Assembly: GCA_040767805.1 (NCBI GenBank)
Contig: JAXGNU010000002.1
Span: 96,001 to 160,000, forward strand
DNA length: 64,000 nucleotides
From: Thermovirgaceae bacterium
Lineage (GTDB): Bacteria; Synergistota; Synergistia; Synergistales; Thermovirgaceae
Reading direction: 5' to 3'
The notes below the pieces were generated by a model. It saw only the letters and a list, made by a program, of their open reading frames with translations, had not been told where the DNA came from and ran no database searches. Positions 48,169-58,036 of the stretch are shown here, in pieces (the stretch's first letter is position 1; each line of letters begins with the position of its first letter). Both the position numbers and the translations under genes were made by a program.

Positions 48169-48429
48169 TCAGCGGTTCTCAAGCTGGAACTTCATGGCCG
48201 TCCTTTCCTCGCCGTCAATATCTATCTTGGCGAAGGAAGGGATGCAGACAAGATCTATCCCGTTGGGCGAGACATACCCCCTCGCTATCGCGATGGATTT
48301 GACCGTCTGGTTGACGGCCCCCGCCCCCACCGCCTGGATCTCGACGGCACCGCTCTCCCTGACCACCGCCGCGATCGCGCCGGCAACAGACTTCGGCTGA
48401 GAGTTTGCAGAGACCTTGAGTACTTCCAT
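48169..48429 (-). CDS. spoVS: Stage V sporulation protein S family (Alba-like)
   Basis: MEVLKVSANSQPKSVAGAIA, QAVGAGAVNQTVKSIAIARG. Confidence 0.95.
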   Translation of the reverse strand: MEVLKVSANSQPKSVAGAIAAVVRESGAVEIQAVGAGAVNQTVKSIAIARGYVSPNGIDLVCIPSFAKIDIDGEERTAMKFQLENR

Positions 48430-48630
48430 GGAATATCGCCCTCCCCCTGGATTCCACGATACTACTCCGCTGTAGCCTTCGATCCCCTCTTCAGCGTGTT
48501 AGGAAACTGTTACGATAAGTATAACTTTATTTTCCCCTGTCAACAATAGCCTCACCCAGTGAATATTTCAAGAAAATGAAATCGCGGGCTCTTGACGGTC
48601 CAAAAAGGGCCATACCGGTCTATTCCTTCT

Positions 48631-48900
48631 TTACCCGCTCTCGATGAGTCCCAGGAATAGGACCGTGGAACCCGGGGGCACCTCCTCGTCCCCGCCGAGG
48701 GCCTTGGGGTCACCTTCTTCGTCGAATAGGCAGATCAGCCCTTCCTCCCGAGCGGGGAAACCCTCCCCGTAAACGCCGGCCAGCCTCTCCACTAGGCTCG
48801 ATACCTTCACGGGTTCCTCGAGCGGCAAGAAAAGTACCTCCGCCCCGGCCGCCCGTTGCCAGGGGCCGAAGAACTTGACGCGGACGCCCTTTTCCGTCAT
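48631..48900 (-). CDS. MoaD/ThiS-like beta-grasp protein lacking the C-terminal GG
   Basis: VRVKFFGPWQRAAG, VSSLVERLAGVYG, C-terminus PPGSTVLFLGLIESG; TGATG coupling to the CBS gene. Confidence 0.7.
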   Translation of the reverse strand: MTEKGVRVKFFGPWQRAAGAEVLFLPLEEPVKVSSLVERLAGVYGEGFPAREEGLICLFDEEGDPKALGGDEEVPPGSTVLFLGLIESG

Positions 48901-49355
48901 CAGTCGGAGGGTTCCTTTTTCGAGTGAAGTATGTAATCCAGTAGGTCCGACCGGCTGAGGACCCCCGAGAAGACCCCGTCCTTCACGACGGGGGCCCTCT
49001 TCAGGCTTTTCGTTATCAGCACCATCGCGGCGTTCAGGTCCGTATCCTGCTCGTCCAGTACGATCACCTGGGTCTGCATGTACTTGTCGACCCTTTCAAG
49101 GCTTATCCCCTGGAGCCTTTTCTGGAACTGGCCGTAATCCGGTAAAAAGGAGGAATCCCGCAAAAGGTCGAAATAGCCGGGCAAGGCCGCCTTTACGATA
49201 TCCTTCTCGCTGAGGAAACCCACCACCTTCCCGTCGTCGCCGACGACGGGAATACCGGTGACCCTCTGCCCGGCCATGATCTCCACGGCTTCCGCGATGG
49301 TCGTCTCCGGTGAAACGGCGGTGAGATCCCTGTCCATCAGGTCACCCACGAGCAT
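48900..49355 (-). CDS. Tandem CBS domain protein
   Basis: VGDLM, GIPVVGDDGKVVGFLSEKDI, APVVKDG..GVLSRSDLL. ATG at 49355. Confidence 0.92.
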   Translation of the reverse strand: MLVGDLMDRDLTAVSPETTIAEAVEIMAGQRVTGIPVVGDDGKVVGFLSEKDIVKAALPGYFDLLRDSSFLPDYGQFQKRLQGISLERVDKYMQTQVIVLDEQDTDLNAAMVLITKSLKRAPVVKDGVFSGVLSRSDLLDYILHSKKEPSD

Positions 49356-49428
49356 TGGCCCGCCCCCCTTTCTTGGTTTCGACAAGTATCCCCCTTCCGG
49401 GCAGGGAGGTAAACAGGTCCGCCGCCCA

Positions 49429-50712
49429 TCAGAAAAGGCCTCCCCACCGGATCACGACATAGAAGCTCGCGGTGGCCAGGGAGATGAAGACCACCTTGAG
49501 CCCCGTCCTCATGAAGGTCTTGAAGTTGATCCGGTTGCCGCTTTTTTCAGCTATATCGGCAACGACCACGTTCGCAGCGGCGCCGAGGAAAGTGCCGTTG
49601 CCGCCCAGGCAGGCCCCCAGCGACAGGGCCCAGAACAAGGGTGCCGCGGCCATCCCCGTGGAGGCGGCCAGGTCCCGGGCTACGTATACGAAGGTGACCG
49701 TGAAGGCCACGTTGTTGATGAAGGCGCAGACCAGGCCGGAAAACCACAGCATGGCGACCATGGCGGCCAGCGGACGGCCCTTGAAAAAGGAAATGAACAG
49801 TTCCGAAGTGGCGGCAATGACGCCCGTCTCGTTGAGGGCGCCGACGATTATGAAGAGCGAGACGAAAAACATGATCGTGGGCCACTCGATGTCCCGGTGG
49901 ATCACCTCGTCCCCGTCCACGGGGACCACGGCGAGCAGGACCGTCGCGCCCAAAAGGGCTATGACCGAAGCGGGCAGGTCCAGGATGTGGTGGACCACGA
50001 AACCGGCCACAACGAGCACCATCGCTGTCGAAGCCCTGATCATGAGCCCCTTGTCCTTTATCAGTTTCGACTCGTCGACCTTGGCGATGCGCTCCGTGGC
50101 CCCTTCGCCGCCCTCCAGGTCCTTCCGGAAGTGGTACAGGAGCCAGGCCGTCACGACGACCATCACCAGGGACACGGCCGGTGTAAGGTTGACGATGAAA
50201 TCCATGAAGGAGAAGTGGGCGAAGGAGCCGATGATCATGTTGGGGGGGTCGCCTACGAGGGTGGCGGTACCGCCGATATTCGAGGCGAAGGCCTCCCCGA
50301 TGAGGAACGGGAAGGGGTTGACGTCCATCAGGTCCACGAGGGATATCACCACGGGGCTAATGAGGAGGACCGTGGTGACGTTGTCGAGGAAAGCCGAGAG
50401 GAGTGCGGTGACCGCCAGCACCGCTATGTAGGTCAGGTGGATCCTGCCGCCGGTGGCCTTGACGGTGAGGACAGCGATGTACTGGAAAAGCCCCGTGCCC
50501 GAGATGACGCCCACGATGATCATCATCCCCATGAGGAGCCCGATGGTGTTGAAATCGATGTAGGAGACCGCCTTCTGGGCGGGGATGATGTTGAGCCCCA
50601 TGAGCAGGCTCGCCGCAAGGAGCGCCGCCACGCTCCTGCGCATCTTGCCCGTCGCTATGACCATTATCGTCAGTATGAAGACCACCGATGCCGCAACAGG
50701 TTGTATCGACAT
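49429..50712 (-). CDS. ArsB/NhaD (CitMHS/P-protein-like) ion transporter
   Basis: IDFNTIGLLMGMM, SAFLDNVTT, SNIGGTATLVGDPPN, LGGNGTFLGAAAN. ATG at 50712. Confidence 0.9.
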   Translation of the reverse strand: MSIQPVAASVVFILTIMVIATGKMRRSVAALLAASLLMGLNIIPAQKAVSYIDFNTIGLLMGMMIIVGVISGTGLFQYIAVLTVKATGGRIHLTYIAVLAVTALLSAFLDNVTTVLLISPVVISLVDLMDVNPFPFLIGEAFASNIGGTATLVGDPPNMIIGSFAHFSFMDFIVNLTPAVSLVMVVVTAWLLYHFRKDLEGGEGATERIAKVDESKLIKDKGLMIRASTAMVLVVAGFVVHHILDLPASVIALLGATVLLAVVPVDGDEVIHRDIEWPTIMFFVSLFIIVGALNETGVIAATSELFISFFKGRPLAAMVAMLWFSGLVCAFINNVAFTVTFVYVARDLAASTGMAAAPLFWALSLGACLGGNGTFLGAAANVVVADIAEKSGNRINFKTFMRTGLKVVFISLATASFYVVIRWGGLF

Positions 50713-50988
50713 GTCCAGGATCCTTCCCCCGTGATCCGGCCCGGTCCTTTCGTCGTGACAGTACGGGCGGATCTTCATTGTAGTAAAATGATAAATCGCG
50801 TCAAGTCCGCCCGGGGTCACCCTGCGAAACGATGAAGGAGCGATCCCGGGGATGGCCTGTCGGAACAAGCGATATTTATACTCCCAAGGCCCGGGGGTTT
50901 CAAGGCCCCCGGCGGAATATGACGGTGACCGCCCGTCGATGGCTTATAATCATGTCGACTGTTCAAGACGAACCCGGGAGGAAGAGAA

Positions 50989-51789
50989 ATGGTCGCGGAA
51001 CCCGAAAGGCAACAAAACCTGGCGGTGCTGATCGATGCGGACAACACGTCCCCTTCGGTGATCGAGTACCTTTTCGCCGAAATCGCCAAGTACGGCATGG
51101 CCAGCGTTAAGAGGATATACGGGGACTGGACGTCACCCTACCTCAAGGGCTGGAAGGAGGTCCTGCTGACCTACGCCATCCACCCCATCCAGCAGTTCCA
51201 CTACACCGTAGGCAAGAACGCCACCGACAGCGCCATGATCATCGACGCCATGGACCTGCTCTACTCCAACCGTTTCGACGGCTTCTGCCTGGTCTCCAGC
51301 GACAGCGACTTCACGCGCCTGGCGACCCGTATCAGGGAGGGCGGGATCACCGTCTACGGGTTCGGGAAAAAGGGAACCCCCAACGCCTTCGTCAGCGCCT
51401 GCGACAAGTTCATCTACACCGAGATCCTGGAAAAGCAGGCGGAGGAGGACGAATCGGAGCATCCCGCCGGGGAGGAAGAACAGGCGGCGAAAAAGAAACA
51501 GGCCCCCAAACTGCTCAGGGGCGACACGAAGTTGACTAACCTCCTTCGCAACAGCGTCGACGCCGTCGCCGACGAGGATGGTTGGGCCGCCCTCGGCAAC
51601 GTGGGGCAACACATCTCCAACCAGTCCCCTTCCTTCGACTCCCGGAACTACGGGTTCAGGAAGCTGAGTTCCCTGGTGAAGGCCACGGGGCTCTTCGAGG
51701 TGGAATCCCGGGCCGTTAACGGGGAATCGGGCAACCGGGTCATATTTATACGCCACCGGCAGCGAAAGGCCCAAAAAACGGGGAAATAG
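50989..51789 (+). CDS. NYN domain (LabA/DUF88) protein with C-terminal OST-HTH/LOTUS domain
   Basis: LIDADN, KRIYGDW, GKNATD, SSDSDF, FDSRNYGFRKLSSL. Confidence 0.92.
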   Translation: MVAEPERQQNLAVLIDADNTSPSVIEYLFAEIAKYGMASVKRIYGDWTSPYLKGWKEVLLTYAIHPIQQFHYTVGKNATDSAMIIDAMDLLYSNRFDGFCLVSSDSDFTRLATRIREGGITVYGFGKKGTPNAFVSACDKFIYTEILEKQAEEDESEHPAGEEEQAAKKKQAPKLLRGDTKLTNLLRNSVDAVADEDGWAALGNVGQHISNQSPSFDSRNYGFRKLSSLVKATGLFEVESRAVNGESGNRVIFIRHRQRKAQKTGK

Positions 51790-51864
51790 CCCATCCCCGG
51801 CACCTCCCCGGCCTGTCGCGCTATATGTGTGTTCCTGGCTCCCCCCGGAGGCTTTGCCGGGGTC

Positions 51865-52677
51865 TCAGTATTGATAGTTGTCGAGGCTCGCGCCGGCCAA
51901 TTCGAGCATCTCCCGCCGGTTTGACCCCCGGTAGGGCACAAAGGGCCGGCCCCTCACTCCGATGGCTTCCCGGGGGCAGAGCGACACGCACCGCTGGCAG
52001 AAGAGGCATCCCACCCCGAAACGTGGGAATGTCTCCATGGTGATGTTCGAGACGGGGCAGACCTCGGCGCAAAGGCCGCACCTCGAGCACTTTTCCACAT
52101 CGACCGAGAGAGGGTACTTCCGGCGGAGAGCCGCCCAGGCCCCGCCCTGGGGGCTTCGGCCCAATCCCTTGACAAACTCCGGCAGCAGGGGGATGGAACG
52201 CCAGGAAGTCCTCCCCGCGGCCAGCTTTCTCGCGAAGGCATCCGCCCTTTTCAGCCCCCGCCGCCGCAGCCGGTCGTCCTTGGGCCCCTCCCGCTCTGTC
52301 CTGGCGTAATTGGTGGGCATTCGGATTTCGACGGCCCCTACGGGGCGGTAACCCCTGGCGGATACGACCCTTTTCATCGGGCCGACGACCCCGCCGCTGA
52401 ACCCGGCCAGGGTGTCCACCATGAAAATCTCCTTGCCCCGTCCAGGAGCGAGGTTTTCGGCGAACTCCCAGACAAAGGGGTAGGTCGAGAATAACGCCAC
52501 CGGGAAGGCTAGGCCGACGGTGCCAGCGGAGAGCGTATCCCCGGGATCGCTCCTTTCGAGGGGCCTCAACTGGGCGGCGACCCCTTCCTCGAGCAGGGTC
52601 GTTACGACCCTCCCGGCCACGGCATGGGTATTCCCGGAACCGGAGAAAAGGTATATTACGACGGGTTCCCTCAACAA
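51865..52677 (-). CDS. EFR1-type flavodoxin-ferredoxin fusion
   Basis: FSGSGNT, MPTNY, CSRCGLCAEVCP, CLFCQRCVSLCP. Confidence 0.9.
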   Translation of the reverse strand: MLREPVVIYLFSGSGNTHAVAGRVVTTLLEEGVAAQLRPLERSDPGDTLSAGTVGLAFPVALFSTYPFVWEFAENLAPGRGKEIFMVDTLAGFSGGVVGPMKRVVSARGYRPVGAVEIRMPTNYARTEREGPKDDRLRRRGLKRADAFARKLAAGRTSWRSIPLLPEFVKGLGRSPQGGAWAALRRKYPLSVDVEKCSRCGLCAEVCPVSNITMETFPRFGVGCLFCQRCVSLCPREAIGVRGRPFVPYRGSNRREMLELAGASLDNYQY

Positions 52678-52747
52678 GGGGGCATCACTCCCGGCCTGAC
52701 GAGATGGCCCGATTATAAGGGATGGCCCCTTCCCTGCGGCGATGTCC

Positions 52748-53974
52748 CTATTCGTACCTCAGGGCCTCGATGGGGTTGAGGAGGGAGGCCTTCCAGGCCG
52801 GGTAATACCCGAAGAAGACGCCCACGAAGGCCGAGAAGCCGAAGGCCAGGGAGATCGAAAAGGGGGAGACCTCCACGGCCCAGCCGAAGCCCCTCGATAT
52901 AGACAAGGCTCCCGCCACGCCGAGTATTATGCCTGTCGCTCCCCCGAGCAAGGAGAGCATAAGGGCCTCCACGAGGAACTGGAGCCTTATGTCGATGGTC
53001 TTGGCCCCCAGGGCCATCCGGATGCCTATCTCACGGGTCCTCTCCGTGACGGAGACCAGCATGATGTTCATGATCCCTATCCCGCCCACGAGGAGGGAGA
53101 CCCCCGCCACCGCCGTGAGGAGCAGCGTCATAGTCCTCGTAGCGGCCTTGGCGTTCTCGATCATCTGGGCCATGTTGCGGACGGTGAAGTCCTCCTCGCC
53201 GCCCTCGCGGATGCGGTGCCTCATCGAAAGGAGCGACGTGACCTGATCCTGGGCGGCTCCCAGCAGTTCCGAACCGCGGGCCTTCACCATGATGGTCGAG
53301 ACCGAACCCGACCTGGAAGAACTGAAGAGCCTCCTCTGGGCCGTCGTCACCGGCACGAGGACGACGTCGTCCTGGTCCCTGCCCATGGGGTTGGTCCCGA
53401 TCTCATCGAGGACCCCGACCACTACCATGGGGACGTTCCTGACCCTCACGGTCTTCCCGAGGGGATCCTCCCCGCCGAAGAGGTTGTCCACGATGGTCTT
53501 GCCCACGACGCAGACCTTGGCGGCGCTCCTCACGTCCTGGTCGGTGAAGACCGTACCCGATCCCATGGCCCAGTCCTGGACGAAAAGGTAATCGGGCGTA
53601 GTTCCCGTGATGTTGGTGGACCAGTTCTGGTTGCCGTAGACGACCTGGGCGCCGCCGCCGTAGACGGGGGCGGCGTAGGCCACGGCCGCGCACTCCTCCG
53701 CTATAGCCCTGGCGTCGTCCACGGTGAGGGTATTGACCGAACCGCTCCGCACGCCGCCCGGTGCCTGGACGGCCCCGGGCCTCACCGTCAGCAGGTTGCT
53801 CCCCATGCTGGAGAACCGGTCGGAAATCTCCCGGTTAGCGCCCGCCCCGATGGCGAACATCATGATCACCGCCATGACGCCGATGATTATCCCCAGCATC
53901 GTCAGGGCCGAGCGCATCTTGTTGACGGCCAGGGCCCTGGAGGAGATCCTCGCTGTTTCCCAAAGGGATATCAT
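52748..53974 (-). CDS. MacB-family ABC transporter permease
   Basis: NKMRSALTMLGIIIG, GGIGIMNIMLVSVTERTREIGIR, LNPIEALRYE. Confidence 0.95.
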   Translation of the reverse strand: MISLWETARISSRALAVNKMRSALTMLGIIIGVMAVIMMFAIGAGANREISDRFSSMGSNLLTVRPGAVQAPGGVRSGSVNTLTVDDARAIAEECAAVAYAAPVYGGGAQVVYGNQNWSTNITGTTPDYLFVQDWAMGSGTVFTDQDVRSAAKVCVVGKTIVDNLFGGEDPLGKTVRVRNVPMVVVGVLDEIGTNPMGRDQDDVVLVPVTTAQRRLFSSSRSGSVSTIMVKARGSELLGAAQDQVTSLLSMRHRIREGGEEDFTVRNMAQMIENAKAATRTMTLLLTAVAGVSLLVGGIGIMNIMLVSVTERTREIGIRMALGAKTIDIRLQFLVEALMLSLLGGATGIILGVAGALSISRGFGWAVEVSPFSISLAFGFSAFVGVFFGYYPAWKASLLNPIEALRYE

Positions 53975-54672
53975 GGCCCGCCGGTCCTTTCGTCCTTTAG
54001 TACCATCCCGTCCCTGAAGGTGATGGTCCTCTTCCCGAAGGCAGCCATTTCGGCTTCGTGGGTGACCTGGATAATGGTCCTGCCGAGCTTTTCATTCAAT
54101 TCCGTGAAGAGACCCATGATGTCTCTGCCGGTCCTGCTGTCCAGGTTCCCCGTCGGCTCATCGGCCAGGATGATCGAGGCGTTGTTCACCAGGGCGCGGG
54201 CGATGGCCACCCTCTGCTGCTGTCCGCCCGACAGCTGCTGGGGCTGGTGCTGGGCCCTGTCGCCCAGCCCCACCATCTCCAGGGCCTCCATGGCTTTCCC
54301 CTCCCTCAGGGAGGGGGGGACGCCGTTGTAGAGCATGGGCAGCTGGACGTTCTCCAGGGCCGTCATGCGAGGCAGCAGGTTGAAACCCTGGAAGACGAAA
54401 CCGATCTTGTGCTTGCGGATGTCCGCCAGTTCGTCCCTCGACAGGCCGCTGACATCAAAGCCCTCCAGGAAGTAACGGCCCCTGGTCGGCGTGTCGAGGC
54501 ACCCCAGGATGTTCATCAGCGTCGACTTGCCCGAGCCGGAAGCCCCCATGATGGAAAGGAACTCCCCCTCGGCCACGGAAAAACTGACGTCCCTGAGGGC
54601 CTCCACCTGGACATCGCCGAGGTCGTATATCTTCGTGATGCCCTCCAGGTGGACCATCCCGCCTGTCGCCAT
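53971..54672 (-). CDS. ABC transporter ATP-binding protein (MacB/LolD-like)
   Basis: GASGSGKST, LSGGQQQRVAIARAL, LADEPTGNLD. Confidence 0.95.
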   Translation of the reverse strand: MATGGMVHLEGITKIYDLGDVQVEALRDVSFSVAEGEFLSIMGASGSGKSTLMNILGCLDTPTRGRYFLEGFDVSGLSRDELADIRKHKIGFVFQGFNLLPRMTALENVQLPMLYNGVPPSLREGKAMEALEMVGLGDRAQHQPQQLSGGQQQRVAIARALVNNASIILADEPTGNLDSRTGRDIMGLFTELNEKLGRTIIQVTHEAEMAAFGKRTITFRDGMVLKDERTGGP

Positions 54673-54679
54673 CAGGGCC

Positions 54680-55861
54680 TCACCGGGGTCGGCCCCCGAA
54701 CCCGAAGGCGCTGGGGGCCCTCCCCGCCGTCGTGGCGGACATGTAAGTCACCACCACCATGCCCTCGCTCACGCCCTCGCCGGAGACCTCGGTGTACATG
54801 CCGTCGTAGATGCCGGTCTTCACCGGGTGGGGCACCAGTTCCCCCTTTTCAAGGGTCCAGAGGACGGCCCCCTTCGGCCTGGAGCTGCCGCTCTCCCCTG
54901 TGGGCTTGAACCTCAGGGCCGAACTGGCCACCTTCAAAATATCTCCTTTTTTTTCGACGATGACCGAAACGTTGGCCGTCATGCCCGGCATCAGGATCTT
55001 CCTCTCGTTGTCCACGGAAATGACGACCCTGTAGGTCACCACGTTGTCCGTGGTAGCGGCGGCGAGGCGGACCTCCTTGACGGAGCCGGTGAAGGATTCC
55101 TCGGGGAAGGCGTCCACGGTGAATTGGACCGTCTGACCCCGGCGGACCTGGCCGATATCGGCCTCGTCGATATTGGCTTCCACCTGCATCCTCGCCAGGT
55201 CCTCGGCGATGGTGAAGAGCGTCGGCGCCGACTGGCTCGCGTTGACCGTCTGGCCCTCATCCACTTCCCTGTCGATTACGACCCCGTCGATGGGCGACAC
55301 GATGCTGGCGTGCCCAAGGTTGATCTTTTTGTACTCCAGGTCCGCCCTGGCCTGGGAGAGGTACGCCTCGGCGCTCTTAAGCCGCGAGAGGGAGGTCTCG
55401 TAAGCCGTCTTGGACTGGTCGAGTTCCATGGCCGCGATATAACCTCTCGAAAAGAGGTCCCGGTTGCGTTCCAGGTTCTTTTTCGCTTCGGCCAGGTTCG
55501 CCCGGACCTCCTGGAGCGAAGCGGAGGCGGAGAGCACACTGGCCTCGGACTGCCTGATGTTGGCCTCGAGCAGAGACGGGTCTATCTCCGCGAGGAGCTG
55601 CCCCTTGGCCACGACGGAGTTGTAGTCCACGTGGATCTTCTTTATCGTGCCCGAGACCTGGGCCCCGACGTTCACCGTGTTGACGGCGTTCAGCGACCCC
55701 GTGGCGGAAACGGTCTTCACGATACCCCCCCGCAGGACGGTGGTGGTCTGGACTTCGGGCAGGCTTGAGGAACGGCCATGGTAGAACAGGAAACCCGCCG
55801 CGGCCAGCAATAGTGCCCCCGCAACCAGGAATTCTCTACTTTTCAACCTGACCTTCATCAT
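54680..55861 (-). CDS. Efflux periplasmic adaptor (MacA-like)
   Basis: VGAQVSG, SPIDGVV, GQTVNAS..PTLF, PGMTANV. ATG 55861 overlaps the TolC stop. Confidence 0.93.
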   Translation of the reverse strand: MMKVRLKSREFLVAGALLLAAAGFLFYHGRSSSLPEVQTTTVLRGGIVKTVSATGSLNAVNTVNVGAQVSGTIKKIHVDYNSVVAKGQLLAEIDPSLLEANIRQSEASVLSASASLQEVRANLAEAKKNLERNRDLFSRGYIAAMELDQSKTAYETSLSRLKSAEAYLSQARADLEYKKINLGHASIVSPIDGVVIDREVDEGQTVNASQSAPTLFTIAEDLARMQVEANIDEADIGQVRRGQTVQFTVDAFPEESFTGSVKEVRLAAATTDNVVTYRVVISVDNERKILMPGMTANVSVIVEKKGDILKVASSALRFKPTGESGSSRPKGAVLWTLEKGELVPHPVKTGIYDGMYTEVSGEGVSEGMVVVTYMSATTAGRAPSAFGFGGRPR

Positions 55862-57138
55862 CGCTCCACTCCCATCGCCTTCTCGAGGGCGGCCCTCGCC
55901 GTCATCCCGTCGTAGAGCGCCCCGTACCACGCGGCTTTCGCCTCGGCAAAGTTCTTCGTCGCGTCCGAGACCTCCAGGGGCGACCCGACCCCCGTCCTGT
56001 ACCTTCCCGCGGCGATCTCCAGGTTCTCCGATGCCATCTTCAACCCCTCGGCGGCGGCAAGCTCGGCCTCGGCCGAATCGGACGCGGCGAGCCAGGCGCT
56101 CGTGACATCCTTCAGCACCTGTTGCCGGTAGGACTCGAGCCGGGCTTCGGCGCCCTCGAGGTTGGCCCCGGCCTCCCGGATCTTTTCTCTCCTCAGGCCG
56201 CCATCGAAAAGAGGAAAGGACAGGGTCAGCCCAGCTCTCCAGCTGTCCTGCCCCCAGAAATCGGTCGAACCCCACCCGTAGCCCGCCGACAGGTCCAGTT
56301 TCGGGGCGTTGTCCAACCCGGCGAGGGCGGCTGACGCTTCCGCCGACGCCAGGTTCACCCTGTAGATCTCCAGGTCGGGCCGGTTCTCTAGGGCGGAGCT
56401 CACGGCGGCGTCCAGCGTAGGCAGTTCGGCCGGAGATATCGATCCCGGGTCCTCGGCGACCTCCGCCAGGGAGAAGTCGGGCATCCCGGGGGAACCCATC
56501 GCCGCCTTCAGCGAGGTCATCGCTTCCTTGAGGGCGGTCCTGGCCTGCACGAGGGCCAGGTTGGCATTGCTCCTTGAAACCCGGGCGGCCGTCACATCGT
56601 ACCTGGATACGCGGCCCACCTCGAAAAAGGCCTCGGCCTGCCCCAGCCTCTCGTCGTTCAAGGCCAGGCTCTCTTCCGCGACCTCGAGGTTCTTCATGGT
56701 CTTCAGAACCTGGTAATAGGACCTCGTGACCTCGAAAACGATGTCGGAGCGCTTAGCCTCCAGCGCCAGGGCCTTCCCCTCGGCGTCGAGCAGGCTTCTC
56801 CTGAGGGAGATGTGAGTTCTCCCCCAGTCGCTCACGACCTGTGATAGGGTTATACCGCTCGACCAGGAACCTTCCGAAGGACCCGGGGAGGACCTCTCGG
56901 AAAAACCCGAGGAGAAACTCATCGATGGGTAAAATCCTGCCCTGACTTGGCCCGTCCTGGCTTCCGAAGCGGCCAGGTCAGCCCGTCCGGCCGCCAGGTC
57001 CGGGTGACCCGAGAGGGCTCTCTCGATGCACTCACCCAGGCTCATCATAGCCGGCGCGGCTTCCTCCGCCGCGACCGCCGGGACCAAGAGCAGGAGTAAC
57101 AGAAAAACCAGGGGGAACGCTTTCTTCGTCAGCGCCAT
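55858..57138 (-). CDS. TolC family outer membrane protein
   Basis: Signal peptide, ALENRPDL, LSFPLFDGG, RYRTGVGSPLEV. Confidence 0.93.
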   Translation of the reverse strand: MALTKKAFPLVFLLLLLLVPAVAAEEAAPAMMSLGECIERALSGHPDLAAGRADLAASEARTGQVRAGFYPSMSFSSGFSERSSPGPSEGSWSSGITLSQVVSDWGRTHISLRRSLLDAEGKALALEAKRSDIVFEVTRSYYQVLKTMKNLEVAEESLALNDERLGQAEAFFEVGRVSRYDVTAARVSRSNANLALVQARTALKEAMTSLKAAMGSPGMPDFSLAEVAEDPGSISPAELPTLDAAVSSALENRPDLEIYRVNLASAEASAALAGLDNAPKLDLSAGYGWGSTDFWGQDSWRAGLTLSFPLFDGGLRREKIREAGANLEGAEARLESYRQQVLKDVTSAWLAASDSAEAELAAAEGLKMASENLEIAAGRYRTGVGSPLEVSDATKNFAEAKAAWYGALYDGMTARAALEKAMGVER

Positions 57139-57199
57139 GGCTTACCACCTATCTCGCCCTGTTTGCCCACAATTTTAATCTCTCGATGATGAAGACGGG

Positions 57200-57224
57200 G
57201 TAGAGAAATGTAAAGGATGGTTAA
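57200..57224. promoter_or_regulatory. OmpR/CpxR-type direct-repeat operator upstream of the tolC-macAB-like operon
   Basis: GTAGA-N5-GTAAA-N5-GTTAA with a 10-bp period; minus-strand -10 TAAAAT at 57172-57177. Confidence 0.6.
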
Positions 57225-57335
57225 GGGGGACCGGGACTCCCGCGTGGCTCTTTCAGGGGTATCACTTTTTTAGACCTTCCGTCGGTTAAGCCCTGCACTC
57301 CCGGCGGAACCTGGGAGAAACTGCGACGCTCCTTT

Positions 57336-57878
57336 TCACTCGACCAGCAGCAGGGCGAAGCGGTCCGGTTCTTCGAGGCGGTCCTTTTTGACCGAAAGGG
57401 TGTACCCGTACTTTTTCACGCTGGAGTAAACGTCGATGGCAAAGGCCTCCATAGTGGGCCGCCTTTTATAGGGCAATCGGCAGTCGCTGGGCTCGGCCAC
57501 GCATTCTTCGCAGAGGTTGCAGTTATCGAAGGAGAGGAGGAAGGCTTTCTCAAAGCCCGAGAGGAATACCCGCCTCTCGGCCTCGATCAACCTCTCCTGG
57601 TTCTCGAGGCACCACTGCCGCCTCCCCTCGGGGGGGACTCTGCAGGACAAGTGTATCAGGAGGGCCCGGGAGTATTCCCGCAGGAATTCCCGGCACTCCG
57701 GCACCGAGGGGACATGGGGTGGGCAGGAAGCGTTCCTGCCGTAGTCGGGGCACCCGAACATGCACTTGGCCCTCACCCACTGGGATACCACCAGCTCCGA
57801 GGGCTGCACCCACTGGTGGTCGTGAAACCCGGCCTCAGCCAGTATCCGGGTGACCCCGGCGGCGGCATCCTCATTCAT
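57336..57878 (-). CDS. DUF2284 metal-binding protein
   Basis: WVRAKCMFGCPDYGRNASCPP, CNLCEEC, RPTMEAFAIDV. ATG at 57878. Confidence 0.88.
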   Translation of the reverse strand: MNEDAAAGVTRILAEAGFHDHQWVQPSELVVSQWVRAKCMFGCPDYGRNASCPPHVPSVPECREFLREYSRALLIHLSCRVPPEGRRQWCLENQERLIEAERRVFLSGFEKAFLLSFDNCNLCEECVAEPSDCRLPYKRRPTMEAFAIDVYSSVKKYGYTLSVKKDRLEEPDRFALLLVE

Positions 57879-58036
57879 TGATCCTCGCCCTCCCCATCTT
57901 CCGGGGGCCGGTACGAAAATGGCCCCCCTCAAGGCCAACCATTATAGCAAGGAAGAAAGACATGGATGACAAAACCCTGCGTGCAAAGTAGAATTTGCTG
58001 GACGGGGACAAAACGAGGGTCGGGAGGTTCGCTTAA

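Noticed and set aside
48169..48429. spoVS as evidence of sporulation
   Set aside because: SpoVS is a broadly distributed Alba-like protein; no other sporulation genes are present.
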